DNA of 64,000 bases from Octopus vulgaris (Eukaryota), in the NCBI GenBank assembly GCA_951406725.2, contig OX597827.1:5270001-5334000 (forward strand). The letters run 5' to 3'. The position numbers and the translations under genes were made by a program. The notes beneath the pieces were generated by a model, which worked only from the letters and a program-made list of their open reading frames with translations, did no database searches and had not been told where the DNA came from. This document shows, piece after piece, positions 41,769-55,145 of the stretch (position 1 is the first letter of the stretch; every line of letters begins with the position of its first letter).

Positions 41769-42078
41769 AAAATTAGCACACAATATCTGGAACTTTGAAT
41801 GATACATGCATTAAGCTACCTTGGAATACTACATGTTTAATGTGACCAGATTTTGTTTCAAGGAATATAATAATAACTTGTCTCAATAGGAATTTTAAAT
41901 ACAGGGTGGGCCAAAATTCACACACATAGTAAGTTCATTATGTTCCAGAAATATCAAATTGCTTCAATTTTTCTAAAATTGCATAAAATAAATAAATAAA
42001 ATAGTGATGAACATACACATACTTGTAGATGATGAACAAAATGTTAACCAACAATAACAGCAACAATAATGATTATGA

Positions 42079-42312
42079 TTGTCGAGCGATGTTGGGGGGA
42101 CAAACACAGACACACAAACATATACACACACTTATATATATATATACATATTTACGACGGGATTCTTTCAGTTTCCGTCTACCAAATCCACTCACAAGGC
42201 TTTGGCAACCTGAGGCTATAGTAGAAGACACTTGCCCAAGGTGCCATGCAGTGGGACTGAACCCGGAACCATGTGGTTTGCAAGCAAGCTACTTAACCAC
42301 ACAGTCACTTCT
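42079..42312 (-). mobile_element. SINE family A 5' part
   Basis: Colinear with the family A head. Confidence 0.85.
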
Positions 42313-42553
42313 ATGCTTTGGAAATTTTCTTTCCTAAAGTTGAAGTCATGACTCTCTTTGTTAGTTCTGTCACGGAACTATATGATAAGTAATTATGCAA
42401 GTAATAAATATAAACAAATTATTTATGTAGATAGACAGAAAAGAAATATATATATATATATAGGGAGAGTTTACGAAAAAATAAAAAGACGAAGATAGGT
42501 GGTGTACAAAACAAACAGATGTATTAGTATAACGCTCAGGAATAGAAAAAATT

Positions 42554-42589
42554 CTTTTACGTTTCGAGCCTACGCTCTTCTACAGAAAG
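42554..42589 (-). ncRNA. Minimal hammerhead-like motif (variant core CUGUAGA) in a probable Penelope-like pLTR fragment (about 42462-42620)
   Basis: Minus strand: cttt-CTGTAGA-a-gagc(gtag)gctc-GAAA-cg-TA-aaag. Confidence 0.5.
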
Positions 42590-42627
42590 GGACACAGAAA
42601 AAACAAGGAGAGAAACAAGGATATATA

Positions 42628-42848
42628 TCATCATCATCATCATCATCATCATCGTTTAACGTCTGTTTTCCACGCTAAACACGGGTTGGACGGTTCGACC
42701 GGGGTCTGGGAAGCCAGGGGCTGCACCAGGCTCCAGTCTGATCTGGCAGTGTTTCTACAGCTGGATGCCCTTCCTAACGCCAACCACTCAGCGAGTGTAG
42801 TGGGTGCTATTTACGTGCCACCTGCACAGGTGCCAGGGGGGTCTGGCA
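42628..42848 (-). mobile_element. RTE-LINE 3' UTR fragment
   Basis: (CAT)n..ggatgcccttcctaacgccaacc..gtgccacc. Confidence 0.8.
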
Positions 42849-43458
42849 TGTATATATATATATATATAAATATATACACACACACACATACATGCACACA
42901 CATATATAAATACATGCACGCATACAGACAGGCAGATAGACAGACACACACACATGCATTTCAGGGTGTCTGTATCTACTCTTTCAGTCTATCCTTCCTA
43001 ATACAGCTATGCCTTTACACTCTTGCTACCCTCCTGTTCCTTTTGTAGCTCACTCCACTCTGTTCTGTCTGTGTCTCTCACATTTTGGGATGGTCATTCT
43101 TTTTGTTCCCTTGCCAAATAAACACATGCACCGTATATATTCATTCTTCACTCGTATTTGTTGTTGTTCATATTTCATCTCATATCCGTTGTATGGAAAT
43201 CTTCACACAGTTGTGTGATGAAAGATTTCCGGATAATGGACAGAAGATAAAATAAGAATGATAATGAATGAGTGAAGAACGAACATATAATAGTGTGTAT
43301 GTTTACTTGGCAAAGGGGAAAAAAAAGGGACCATCCCAAAATATAAGAATATCTGTTTCAACACACAATTCCACATCATGTATCTTTCAAAACAAATTCA
43401 TAAACATGTATATGCACACATCCGCACACACACACACACACACACATATTATATATAT

Positions 43459-43532
<74 letters not shown>

Positions 43533-43844
43533 TATCCTAGTGAAGTGTACAAATCTGGTGAAAGAGACACACATACATACATACATACATACATGCATAC
43601 ATACACACATACATACACACATACATACACACATACATACATACATACATATGTATTTGAAAGTCTTTGTGAAAAATTACTTCATATAGTTTTTAAGTGT
43701 GAAGAGGATTTTCTTTTTTTAAATCATTTTTTTAAAAAAAATTATGAAATCTTTTATCAGGATGTGACTAACCTTTTTTGGAAGAAGTTTTTTTCCTTGC
43801 GTGTGAGCACTTTCGCTTAACCTTTTCAAACACACGTGCTCTTA

Positions 43845-43884
<40 letters not shown>

Positions 43885-43988
43885 GCATGAAATTGCATTT
43901 GATCCTCTGGGTGATAACCAATGCAGAGTTGGTGACTTTCTGTGTCTTTTTGTTGTTAGTTTCTGTATTTATTATATTTTTAACTTAT

Positions 43989-44020
<32 letters not shown>

Positions 44021-44243
44021 CACATATATATATATATATATATTTAAGTAGGTGAATGAATTATCCTATGTTTATCGTCACCATGGAAAATTCGTTTAAC
44101 CGAAACCTGGGTAGCAAATTCACGTCAGAAATATGGTTGAAGCGACCTGTAAAGGGTAGAAACTCCGGGTTCATGTGCAGAAATTTGTGTGTTGTATATG
44201 AATAAATGAAAGAATGGAGTCGAACAAAGATGTTAACAAAATT

Positions 44244-44336
44244 CCTTTACTCTCGACATATGTTTCGAAGACAGCATGTTTTCATTCCAAAGGAATAAAG
44301 GGTGCATTATGCAATCCTCTCATCAGGAAAGAAAGG
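44244..44336 (-). ncRNA. Type I hammerhead ribozyme, canonical core, Penelope-like element type
   Basis: Minus strand: cctttctttc-CTGATGA-gaggattgcat[31-nt loop]atgctgtcttc-GAAA-c-atat-GTC-gagagtaaagg; complete core, about 10-bp stem I with one bulge, about 10-bp stem II, palindromic ACATATGT helix III; predicted cut between 44255 and 44254. Confidence 0.75.
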
Positions 44337-44998
44337 GAGCCTCTCTCGACAACAAGACAAACAAAAATTTCGATGATTGCCTACATGGTAAACAAAGCAA
44401 TAATGATATATATATGCAAATATATATATGTGTGTGTGTGTGTATGTATGTATATATCTTTTGCCTACCGTCACATAGAAACTGTAGAATGCATTCTGAT
44501 TGGTCCCCTGAACATCTCCTGGGCCATTTTTGATTATACTTACATCTAACACGTTATAAAAGGCAAAAATTGACATCGTGCTGGTCAATTTGTCCAGTTG
44601 GTAGAGAGCTGTGAATGACTGGTAACATTTCAAATGTGATATATCCAATCTTAGTTCACATTTATGGAAGGGTATAGTTGGCTGTATTGTCCCAGTACTT
44701 GACATGTAATTATTTTATTGCTCCCAGCAGTATGGAAGGTGAGAGGACCATGTTAAAATATGAGCTCAAAATATGAAGAGATCTGCTCAACCATTTCTGC
44801 CCATCTGTTCAGTCAAATATTGATTTCTTTCTTATGTAGATGGAGCCCTTCTATTTTGGAGAGAAGTTCAGTTGATTATATTGACTCCAGTATCTATCTA
44901 GTACTTTATTTTATTTTTTGACCATGGAAGAATGAAGGTGACACATTTTAAAGTTTTTGCTTGTTGGCCACATGTAAATGATAAACAAAGCCCATGAA

Positions 44999-45200
44999 CA
45001 TCATCATCATCATCATTTAGCGTCCGTTTTCCATGCTAGCATGGGTTGGACGGTTCAACTGGGGTCTGTGAAGCTAGAAGGCTGCATCAGGCCCAGTCTG
45101 ATCTGGCAGTGTTTCTACGGCTGGATGCCCTTCCTAACGCCAACCACTCCGAGAGTGTAGTAGGTGCTTTTTATGTGCCACCCGCACAGGAGCCAGATGG
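44999..45200 (-). mobile_element. RTE-LINE 3' UTR fragment
   Basis: Same family as 6635-7022. Confidence 0.8.
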
Positions 45201-46754
45201 AGCTAGCGGAAAATTTGTTTACTGCAAATAGTGTTTGCTGTGCTGGTCTTTGGATGAAAAATTAAGCAGCACTTTGTACACACTGAGAAAGACAAACTCT
45301 GTGGTCTACAACAAAATGGCTGGTATGTGACTAGGACATCATAACTGAGGAAATATTGTGCTAAATTCATGATGGCAAATCTATACCTTCAATCTGCATG
45401 GCTGGTGAATGGAAAAACTGAGAAGAGAATTGCTAAAGCAACTGGCTCAGCCTTCTGAAATTACTGCCAAAAATCTACCTTTTATAAGACTCATTAGAAG
45501 GTTCTAAAAAGTTGAATCCTATGATGGCTTGATGCTGATTGGTCAGTTAACTGGCTGATCATGTGAAATGATAATCATCTCACTATGACATCCATATGGC
45601 TGTCCAGAAATTCAGTTTCAAAGCTGCTACAATGGTAAAGTTGTCCTTGGTGGGATTAGAAATCAGAGGGTAAAGAACTGTGACAAAATATTGCATGGCA
45701 TTTTGCCCAGCATTCTGATGATTCTGTTAATACATTGTCCTAACTCAGTGGCATAATGTGTGTATGTGTGTCTGGATCAATCCTTGAATCTGAAGCCCAT
45801 CCCCCTGTCCAATACAGGATTATACAGCTGACTCAAAGATGCTATCCCACTGCAAGTAATGCCCTCTATTCCAAGCTATGCTTCTATCTCAACTTAGTCA
45901 AATATTAGAAACTGAAACTATGGGAAAAGCAGAAGGTTTGAGCAATGGATTTCTAAGAATTTCTGTTGACATTTTCTAAGCTAAAAATAAAAAGGTTTGA
46001 AGATCCCAGCTTTTGAGGAAAAATAAATGAATTTTCTTTTTTTCTTTTTTTACATTTTATGGAAAACATTTCTGATATAAATTATGATCCAGATGAAAAT
46101 GAAGTTAATGAAAATGCAGTGAATTATTTGCTATCTGAAGTATTTAGTTAGAGGCATAAAAAATAATTGTAACATGGTGTTTCATTAACAAAGCAGCTGA
46201 TTTTACAGTGACATGTTTTTATCAATTTAATCTGCAGTTAGATGACAGAAGAATATTGCAGTGGCAATTTCGTTGCCAGACATTGCTGCTGCACTGTTGA
46301 CAGGTGGCTTTACTTCATATCCATTATTCATATTGCCTTTAAATCTAGTCTATGCAAAGAAGATAAGGATAAAACGGTTTGTGTATTTGTTTAGGAATAG
46401 ACATTACGTTGGCAATGGAAGAAAAAAAAAACAACACACACAAGAACAAAAGAAAACAAAAGATAAAAGAACCAAGATTAGAAAGGAATTACATTAGTTG
46501 ATAGAGGAAACTGCTTGTTTAATGGGACCAATTTATGAACCCACTTTTCAGAATGGAAAAAAAAAAAAAAAAAAGAAAACACGAAATAGAAGTTGTAAAA
46601 AAAAAAACCCATCTACAATAACAAAGGAACAAAGTGTTCTTCTTCTGCTTCCTAGCACCAATGCCATCATATTTGAAGTAACTCTATTTCTGGTTTCTTT
46701 CAGGCACAGCAAAATCAATACCACCAACAAAATTGTGGTTTTTAAACAGATACA

Positions 46755-46846
<92 letters not shown>

Positions 46847-47872
46847 CCAGAATGTAATCACAATTCTATATGATTGAATAGAAAATGCATAAATATACAG
46901 CTATATCTGCTTATACATAACATACATGGCATCGTCTAATTGCATTGGTTCAGTGCGAAGAAATATTATCCCCTATAATTTTTATCACTCCAGCCAACCT
47001 GGTCACTGCCAGTATTCAAGTGGAAAAATATATTATCACAGTAAATACGACTGCACATTCTATGGCTATATCATAAATAGGCATAATCAGAAGCCGATAT
47101 TATGAAAGCTTTTAGTGGTCTTTTGAGATGAGTCAGCCCTATATCTGTTTTATCAAAAGGCTAATGAAAAATCTCCAAGTCAGTTATTAGAAAACTTTGA
47201 AGCAATACTGGGATGCAAAAACTACCTTTTGCCATAAAATATTTTAATATGAAGCAACTGTGACACGAAGCAACTACAAAGTAAAAATATTGATGAAGAA
47301 AAATAATTGCTTTCAAACAACAATTTGGTCGGTAAATTGAAAAACTTTTATTACCATAGCAAAATACAATCATGAAAGAACCATCAAATAAGACTCTATG
47401 CACTGCTTGACCCGCTTGCTAGAAATAGCAGCCAAGAATTCTTCATTTTTCACAAACACAGGCTTCAAATATGGAAGATTGCATTAGGTAGTCATAGATA
47501 CAGTAATGAATGAAAGATAAAAGGTGTCTGTATTGAGTGCCCTATCTGTTAGAAATAGCAGTCTAAGTTCCTGCAAATCATATAGATACTTTCTTTAAAA
47601 AGATTAATATAATCATAAGCATGCTGTCCTTGAAAACAAGATGTGGTAATTGTGACTGGGACGTGTCTGATATGCCTGGCCCATCTGGAACTGACTGGCG
47701 GGAGTGGGTGGGGTGGTGGTAACAACAACAGCAGGGACAACAACAACAACAACAACAACAGAAGACAAGTTGAGTGTTATTTCTCCTATGATTTCCATAC
47801 AACATTTTCCCACTCAATGGGATATCCTTTTAAAGAGAAATGGGTCTGTAAGCATGTGTATGTGTTGTGGTG

Positions 47873-47918
<46 letters not shown>

Positions 47919-48804
47919 GTGTGTAGTATTAGAAGTAGTATAGTGAGTTACAGATAGACAATATGTGAACAGTCGTGTACTTTAACCAATGTGTAACCAT
48001 GACTGACATTGGAACCTCACTGTAAAGTTATGATTTAAACTATGTTCCATGTTAGCCCATTGTATGTTGCCACAGATTGGCAGTCAGTTTAAGTTGTCCC
48101 CAGTATATGACTGGTATTTTGTTTTACAATCCTGGAAGGATGAAAGGCTAATGTTGAACTTTGCAGGATTTGAACTCAGAATTTAAAGAATCAGAATAAA
48201 TCCAATTAATTATTTTAACTGATACCCTAGCAATACTGCCAGTTTACCTCCCTAGGAATTATGAACATCAATCATAAATCATTCCAAATAACTTAAAGAT
48301 TGCTGGATTGGAAAGTAATCTTTGAGAAATTTGATAATTCACTCTATTGAGACAATTCGGCCCAGATGTTTGCTCACAGACAATTTGGTACAGCTGGCTG
48401 GATTTGGCCAGTTTTGGCAACAGTACTTTTTTGGTACTCGAGGCAAACATACACACACATACAAGCATAGAAATATACACAGAGATGGAAAGAATGAGAG
48501 AGAGAGAGCAGGAGAAAGGAGAAGAGAGAGAATGAGAAAGAGAAAATAAGTGAGAGAGAGAGAGAAGGAGAGAGATTACAATATATTAATTGAACATGAT
48601 TGACATAAAAGCTTTTCCTCTCATCATACACATGAAGAGAAATATGGTCAAACACATAAACAGAGAAAAGGGGAAGGGGATGAGAGAGAGAGAGAAAAGG
48701 GGATAAACTTTTGATAGCAAGTAAATTAGCATCAAATCTGCAGGGCCAAAACAGCTGTACCAAAACGTCTCAATTCTCACAAATAAATATGACTTGATAG
48801 TTTG

Positions 48805-49021
48805 TATTGGGTTGTCCGGAAAGTTCATGCCGATTTTTAAAGGAAAGAAAAAGGTCAATAAATACTTGCCATTACATTTTTAATCAACCAAATGTAAACC
48901 ATTTTGTTGCACAATGCATCTCCATCTTTCCTTTAACTTGAAATTACCCTTTTCCCAGAATGGAGGTGGTTTTATGGCAAAGAATTCATCAAGGTATCTT
49001 TTTACGTCATCCAAGAAATTG
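48805..49021 (-). mobile_element. Mariner transposon 3' end fragment
   Basis: TA-TTGGGTTGTCCGGAAAGTT terminal repeat; minus translation LDDVKRYLDEFFAIKPPPFWEKGNFKLKERWRCIVQQNGLHLVD* resembles the mariner transposase C-terminus. Confidence 0.8.
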
Positions 49022-49377
49022 GTTCCAAAGAATGTGTGTGTGTGTGGGGGGGGTCTCTATGTAGTGAGTTAACATGCTAGAAATAGCAGCAAAGTTGCCC
49101 TCAAATCTATCATACCGCTTTAAAAAGATACACTGGATAATGGAGTCCTGAATATACCATGTTTGAAATTAACGGCAGGATGTTCGTGATTGAAACTTGA
49201 TCATTGGAGCACTCATTGACTGCTGACCTGGGGCAAAGTCAACCTTGGTGGAATAGGGACTTGGAACATAAAACTGGACAATACGCTTCTAAGTATGTTA
49301 CCTGGCATGCTAACCACCCACCTCCACTGCCTCCCACCACCACCACCACCACCACGACCCCTGCCGCTGCTGCTGCT

Positions 49378-49754
49378 GTTGCTGTTGAGCGAATGGTCTT
49401 CGTCCCAGAGCTCGCAAGATGGGAGAAGTCCAAAATGTGGTCCTTTGCTATTCGTAAGACCCACAGAACAGAAAGCAGGTCAACCCCCGACACCGAGAGC
49501 ATCAACAGATGGATGAATGCACATCTAGGCTCAGAGGTTGCGTAGGAAGTCGGGGACAAGAAACAGGAAGAGAGAGTGAGAGAAAGTTGGGGTGAAAGAG
49601 TACAACAGGGGTTGCCACCACCCCCTGCCGGAGCTTCGTGGAGCTTTAGGTGCTTTCGCTCGATAAACACACACAACACCCGGTCTGAGAATCGAAACCG
49701 CGATCCTCCGACCGTGAGTCTGCTGCTCTAACCACTGGGCCATTGTGCCTCCAC
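49378..49754 (-). mobile_element. SINE with family B head but a different 3' tail, lying in a (CTG)n tract
   Basis: Head matches 61349-61734 up to ..cttcctgtttct; tail is unrelated (..gggacgaagaccattcgctcaacagcaacagc). Confidence 0.8.
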
Positions 49755-50028
49755 TTGCTGCTGCTGCTGTACACAGTACTCAGATGCAGTACAGCTTATC
49801 AGAAAAGGATTAAAGAGAGAGAAAGAAAACCAGCAATGAAAGCTGAAAGTAAATGCATTGTACACAGAATAAAACATGCACAAAGAAGGAAATTGAAGAG
49901 CAAAAGAACCATAAAGTGAAAAGGGTGCATAAGGCATGTCAGGAATGGGATTGGTAAATTTCTGGAAGCACGGAATTTCTTTTAAAGATACCATTTCCTG
50001 GCTGCTAAGAACTGACATGGGTAGCTTA

Positions 50029-50419
50029 TCTTTATATGTAAAAGTGAAGTTGTGTGGTGTCTGTCTTCTACGATTTAGATTCCTAACTACTCCCACATGC
50101 AGTTTAACCTAAACCGGGTATCTTATAGTCATGATTCATATCGAGCCCTTCTGGGTATTAGCGTGCATCTACGATGAGTCTACGATTAAAAAAAAAATTT
50201 ACCATCATTTTTTTCCATTTTAATGCATCTTTTCGCTATCATATAAGGGAAGTAACTCTCTAAAAGTGTCTACGATGAGTCAACGATTTTAAAAAATTTA
50301 CCATAATTTTTTTTCCATTTTTAATGCATTTTTTTGCTATTTTTTGACTATAACTCTCTAAAAATGCTTATATAGTTATTTCCCCTACAAACCCGAGCAA
50401 CGCCGGATGATACTGCTAG
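50029..50419 (+). mobile_element. Non-autonomous Helitron, second copy with an internal duplication
   Basis: A|TC...cccgagcaacgccgg..CTAG|T; the ctacgatgagtc..aatttaccat..taactctctaaaa block is repeated. Confidence 0.85.
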
Positions 50420-50562
50420 TATAATATAAATAATCATAACATTTCTCATGTATTCAAAAGTTGAGATTTTATTGTTGCCCCTCATTTGTAATTGGTGCAC
50501 TCACAACTCATAAAACTGTTCAAGGTGAACATTCAAACAGCAACACCCAAACCATTCTCAAA

Positions 50563-50792
50563 GGCGGCCAGCTGGCAGAAACGTTAGCACGCCGGGCGAA
50601 ATGCGTAGCCGTATTTCGTCTGTCGTTACGTTCTGAGTTCAAATTCCGCCGAAGGTCAACTTTGCCTTTCATCCTTTCGTTGATAAATTAAATACCAATT
50701 TCCCACTGGGGTCGATGTAATCGACTTAATCCCTTTGTCTGTCCTTGTTTGTCCCCCTCTATGTTTAGCCCCTTGTGGGTAGTAAAGAAATA
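50563..50792 (+). mobile_element. tRNA-derived SINE family C
   Basis: ggcggccagctggcagaaacgttagc..gagttcaaattcc (B box)..tttgcctttcatcctttcg; 10-bp TSD cattctcaaa; decayed relatives near 17030, 17630, 24670, 28780, 51750 and 55970. Confidence 0.85.
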
Positions 50793-50828
50793 CATTCTCA
50801 AATATATTATTTGAATAGTTTGTTATGA

Positions 50829-51025
50829 TACTCTTTTACTCTTTTACTTGTTTCAGTCATTTCACTGCGGCCATGCTGGAGCACCGCCTTTAGTCGAGCA
50901 AATCGACCCCGGGACTTATTCTTTGTAAGCCCAGTACTTATTCTATCAGTATCCTTGCCGAATGGCTAGGTGACGAGTTGTCAAGCAATGCTAGGGGGAC
51001 AAACACAGACACACAAACATAAACG

Positions 51026-51059
<34 letters not shown>

Positions 51060-51231
51060 CATACATACATATATATGACAGGTTTCTTTCAGTTTCCGTC
51101 TACCAAATCCACTCACAAGGGTTTGGTCGGCCTGAGGCTATAGTAGAAGACACTTGCCCAAGATGCCACGCAGTGGGACTGAACCCAGAACCATGTGGTT
51201 GGTAAGCAAGCTACTTACCACACAGCCACTC
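50829..51231 (-). mobile_element. SINE family A copy
   Basis: Colinear, with a small internal deletion. Confidence 0.9.
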
Positions 51232-52027
51232 TGGTGCCTATTATGGTTACTTTTTTTTTTTAAACTCATCAACTGTCTTTACTGGATCTATTTTCAATTG
51301 CCTCTTCTATATGTTTCATAAAGCAATCCCTCTCTTTCTCTTTCGGAGAGGCACTAAGCAGCTATATGCACACATACACACACGGCAGTAACGTCCACCT
51401 ACCGAATTCAATCACAAAGCTCTGGTCGGCTCGGGGCTATAGCGGAAGACACCGGCCCAAAGTGCCATGCAGTGGGACTGAACCCGAAACCATGTAGTTA
51501 GGAAGCAAGCTCCCTAACCACACAGCCATGCCCGTGCCTAATGTAATATTGTTTTTAGGCTAGCAATTTCAGTATGTATGTGTGTGTGGAGGGTGGGGGT
51601 GATCGATTCATCCTGGAAGTGATGAATGTTAAAGTCAACTTTGGCAGAATATGAACTCAGAACTTAAACATGGATGAAATGCCACTAATGATTCTGCCAG
51701 TTTGACATCTTAAAGCTTAATATAATATTAGATACAATTATTTATGGGGGGCAAGCTGGCAGAATTGGTAGCAAGCCAGGCAAAATGTCTAGAAGTGTTT
51801 TGCCGGTCCTTATGTTCCAAGTTCGAATTCCACCAACGTCAATTTTGCCTTTTATCCTTTCAGGTTTGATAAAATAAGTACCAGTTAAACACTGGAGTTG
51901 ATATAATCAGTTCTCACACTTTGAAATTGCTGGCCTTGTGCCAAAATTTGAAACCAATATTATATATAATTATTGTTAATTGGTTCCAGTTCATCACTGA
52001 TCAAGTAGATATCAATAACAAGTATCA

Positions 52028-52795
52028 TTTTTTACTTTTTTACTTGTTTCAGTCATGTGACTGCAGCCATGCTGGAGCACCACCTTTAATCGAGCAACTC
52101 GACCCCAGGACTTATTCTTTGTAAGCCTAGTACTTATTCTATCGGTCTCTTTTGTCATACTGCTAAGTTACGGGGATGTAAACATTCTAGCCTCGGTTGT
52201 CAAGCGATGTTGGTGGGACAAACACACACACACATACACATACATATATATACATATATATGATGGGCTTCTTTCAGTTTCTGTCTACCAAATCCACTCA
52301 CAAGGCTTTGGTCGGCCCGAGGCTATAGTAGAAGACACTTGCCCAAGGTGCCACGCAGTGGGACTGAACCCGGAACCATGTGATTCATAAACAAGCTACT
52401 TACTACACAGCCACTCCTACAGATATTCTTTTACTTGTTTCAGTCATTTGGACTGGCCATGCTGGAATACCACTTTTAGTTGAACAAATCAACCCCAGGA
52501 CTTATTCTTTGTAAGCCTAGTACATACTCTACCAGTGTTTTTTGCTGAACCACTTAGTTATGGGGACATAAACACACCAACATCAGTTGCCAAACGATGG
52601 TGGGAGGACAAATACAGACACACATACACACAAGATGGGCTTCTTTCAGTTTCTGTCTACCAAATCCACTCACAAGGCTTTGGTGGGCTTGAGGCTATAG
52701 TAGAAGACACTTGCTCAAGGTGCCATGCAGTGGGACCGAACCTGGAAGGATGTGGTTGGGAAGCAAGCTTCTTACCACACAGCCACTCCTGCACC
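52028..52795 (-). mobile_element. Two tandem SINE family A copies (52028-52418 and 52427-52795)
   Basis: Both colinear with family A. Confidence 0.9.
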
Positions 52796-53186
52796 TATAA
52801 GTCACTCCTGTGCCTATATCTATAATAAAATGTAGTCAAACCATGACCATCTCTTCTTTTATTGAGGAATTCTTTACCTTGGACTACATTATCGAAACTG
52901 TCAACTGTGATTGAAGGGATATTTGGCTGCTGTTTCTAGCCAGCTTAGCAACCACTTGCTCTCTCTCTCTCTCTCTCTTTTCCCCTCTCTTTTTATCTCT
53001 CTGTCTCTCTCTAATTTTCTCTTCCCCCCCCTCTCTCCTCGGCTTGTACAGTAGTATATTGGTCAATATTTAGCAAGCAGTTGACAACTGATAATCTCGC
53101 ATGCATGCTGATGCATTTGTGCATTTGAACAGGCAAGCCTGTGCACGCGCACACACAGACACAGACATAGGCGTACAAACACACAT

Positions 53187-53223
<37 letters not shown>

Positions 53224-53264
53224 CACACACGCACGTGGTTACTTCGTTAATCTGAACTCTACTA

Positions 53265-53298
<34 letters not shown>

Positions 53299-53753
53299 AT
53301 ACAAAGGCTTTGTTCTTTGCAAAGTACACTAATAAAAGAACATTACTATTTTGGCGGCAGCAATTCCATTTTTGCTGCAAATGAAAAAACAAAAAAAAAA
53401 AAACAAAAAACAAAAAACAACAAATAACTATTTCGGATATAGATGTAAGACATTAGCTTTACAGACGAGGGGAAATGAAGCTACTGTTTATGGCTTTCTC
53501 ACGAGTGTTGTTACTGACACAGGAGCTGTGAAATATCTCAGAAGAGCATGGATATAAAGATACGTTTTTAGCACTGACTCTTTCTTTCTCTCTCTCTCTC
53601 TCTGTATATATATATATGTGTGTGTTTGTGTGTCTGTGTGGGTGCTCGTGTGTGTATGTATGTATGTAAGTATTTCACTCGTCAACTGTCTTTTCTGAAT
53701 CTATTTCCTATTTTCTGTCTTATACATTTCATAAAAAGAAATATTGAAGCTTA

Positions 53754-53790
<37 letters not shown>

Positions 53791-54026
53791 TGTGTATGTG
53801 TGTGTTGGTGTGCACAAATATACATACATACATACATACATACATACATACACACATACACGTGTATGTGTGTGTGTGTATAAGTGTATATCTAGCGGAG
53901 ACTTTCTGGCTTCTGTAAGGGAAACAACTCTTAAAACTCTCAAGATTATTTTAGAAATGCTATTTTACTTTAAAAATCGACGGATAACCACATGTGGGTG
54001 CAAGCACACACACACACACACACACA

Positions 54027-54076
<50 letters not shown>

Positions 54077-54979
54077 GTGGCATATCTTGAAGGAGTTTGT
54101 CATTTTAAAGTTAACTGGTTTTCAATTTTTTAATTTTTAATTTCAAAAGTTTTTCTGAAGTTTTCCTAAAACATGTATTGATTTTTTTTTTCTATTTTGG
54201 AAAAAAAAAAAAAAGAAGAAAAATGTCCAAAACATAGGAAATATAAATTGGCCACTCTGTCTCATTTTTCTCTTTTAATGTGTAGATGATAGAAATAAGA
54301 GTTGAATACAGAGAAGAAATAAATATTGTTATCTTCAGTAAAGAATAACTATTATCTTTATGAAATCAGATTACAGTGCTTTTACTAGAAATATTCACAA
54401 ACAATAACTCTAAGTCCACCTTGTCCAGCTTCAGTGAGACCGCCTGCAGAATCTACAGGCAGCAGAGAAACATCATGTAGTCATTTGCCCTGCTAGAAAC
54501 AGCAACCAAAGTTAAGTCAAATGCTACAATATTTGAGGTCCTGAAAAAAAAAATAAAAAACCTTTCGGTGTGACCCTTCCATTCCTGATTAACTATTTTA
54601 TCTTTTGTGTATTTCAGTCATTGGACTGTGGCACAGCCTTGAAAGATTTTAGTCAAACAAATTATTATCTTTTTAAAAATCTGGTATTTATTTTATCAGT
54701 CTCTTTTGCCAAGCTGCCATGCTATAGAGTTGTCCCGCAGAGGGAAGGGACAAAAACCACAGATACAAACATCCCCTCCCCCCCCACACACATGCATGTG
54801 TGTGTGTGTGCGTGTATATATATATATGCAAACATGTTACTAGTTATAATATGCTTGAGGGATCTTTGAACTGGTAACAGATTTCTTATTTATGCACATC
54901 ACTGCTTAACATTTCTATTCCATTTACATATACATACACATATATATATAGATATAGATATATATATTAATAAATATAT

Positions 54980-55035
54980 CGGTGCCCCAGCATGGCCACA
55001 GCTCTTGAGCTGAAACTAGAATCAATCAATCAATC
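54980..55035 (+). mobile_element. Very short 3' end of a CR1-like LINE
   Basis: cggtgccccagcatggccacagctcttgagctgaaactag(aatc)n inside (TA)n. Confidence 0.8.
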
Positions 55036-55098
55036 ATATATATATATATATATATATAAATATATATATAAATATATATAAATATATATATAAATATA

Positions 55099-55145
<47 letters not shown>

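Noticed and set aside
41900-41925. Tc1/mariner-like end tacagggtgggcca
   Set aside because: No matching opposite TIR found nearby
47549-47817. ORFs resembling a signal peptide or cysteine string
   Set aside because: The hydrophobic and Cys runs come from a (TTG)n tract; no clear splice sites
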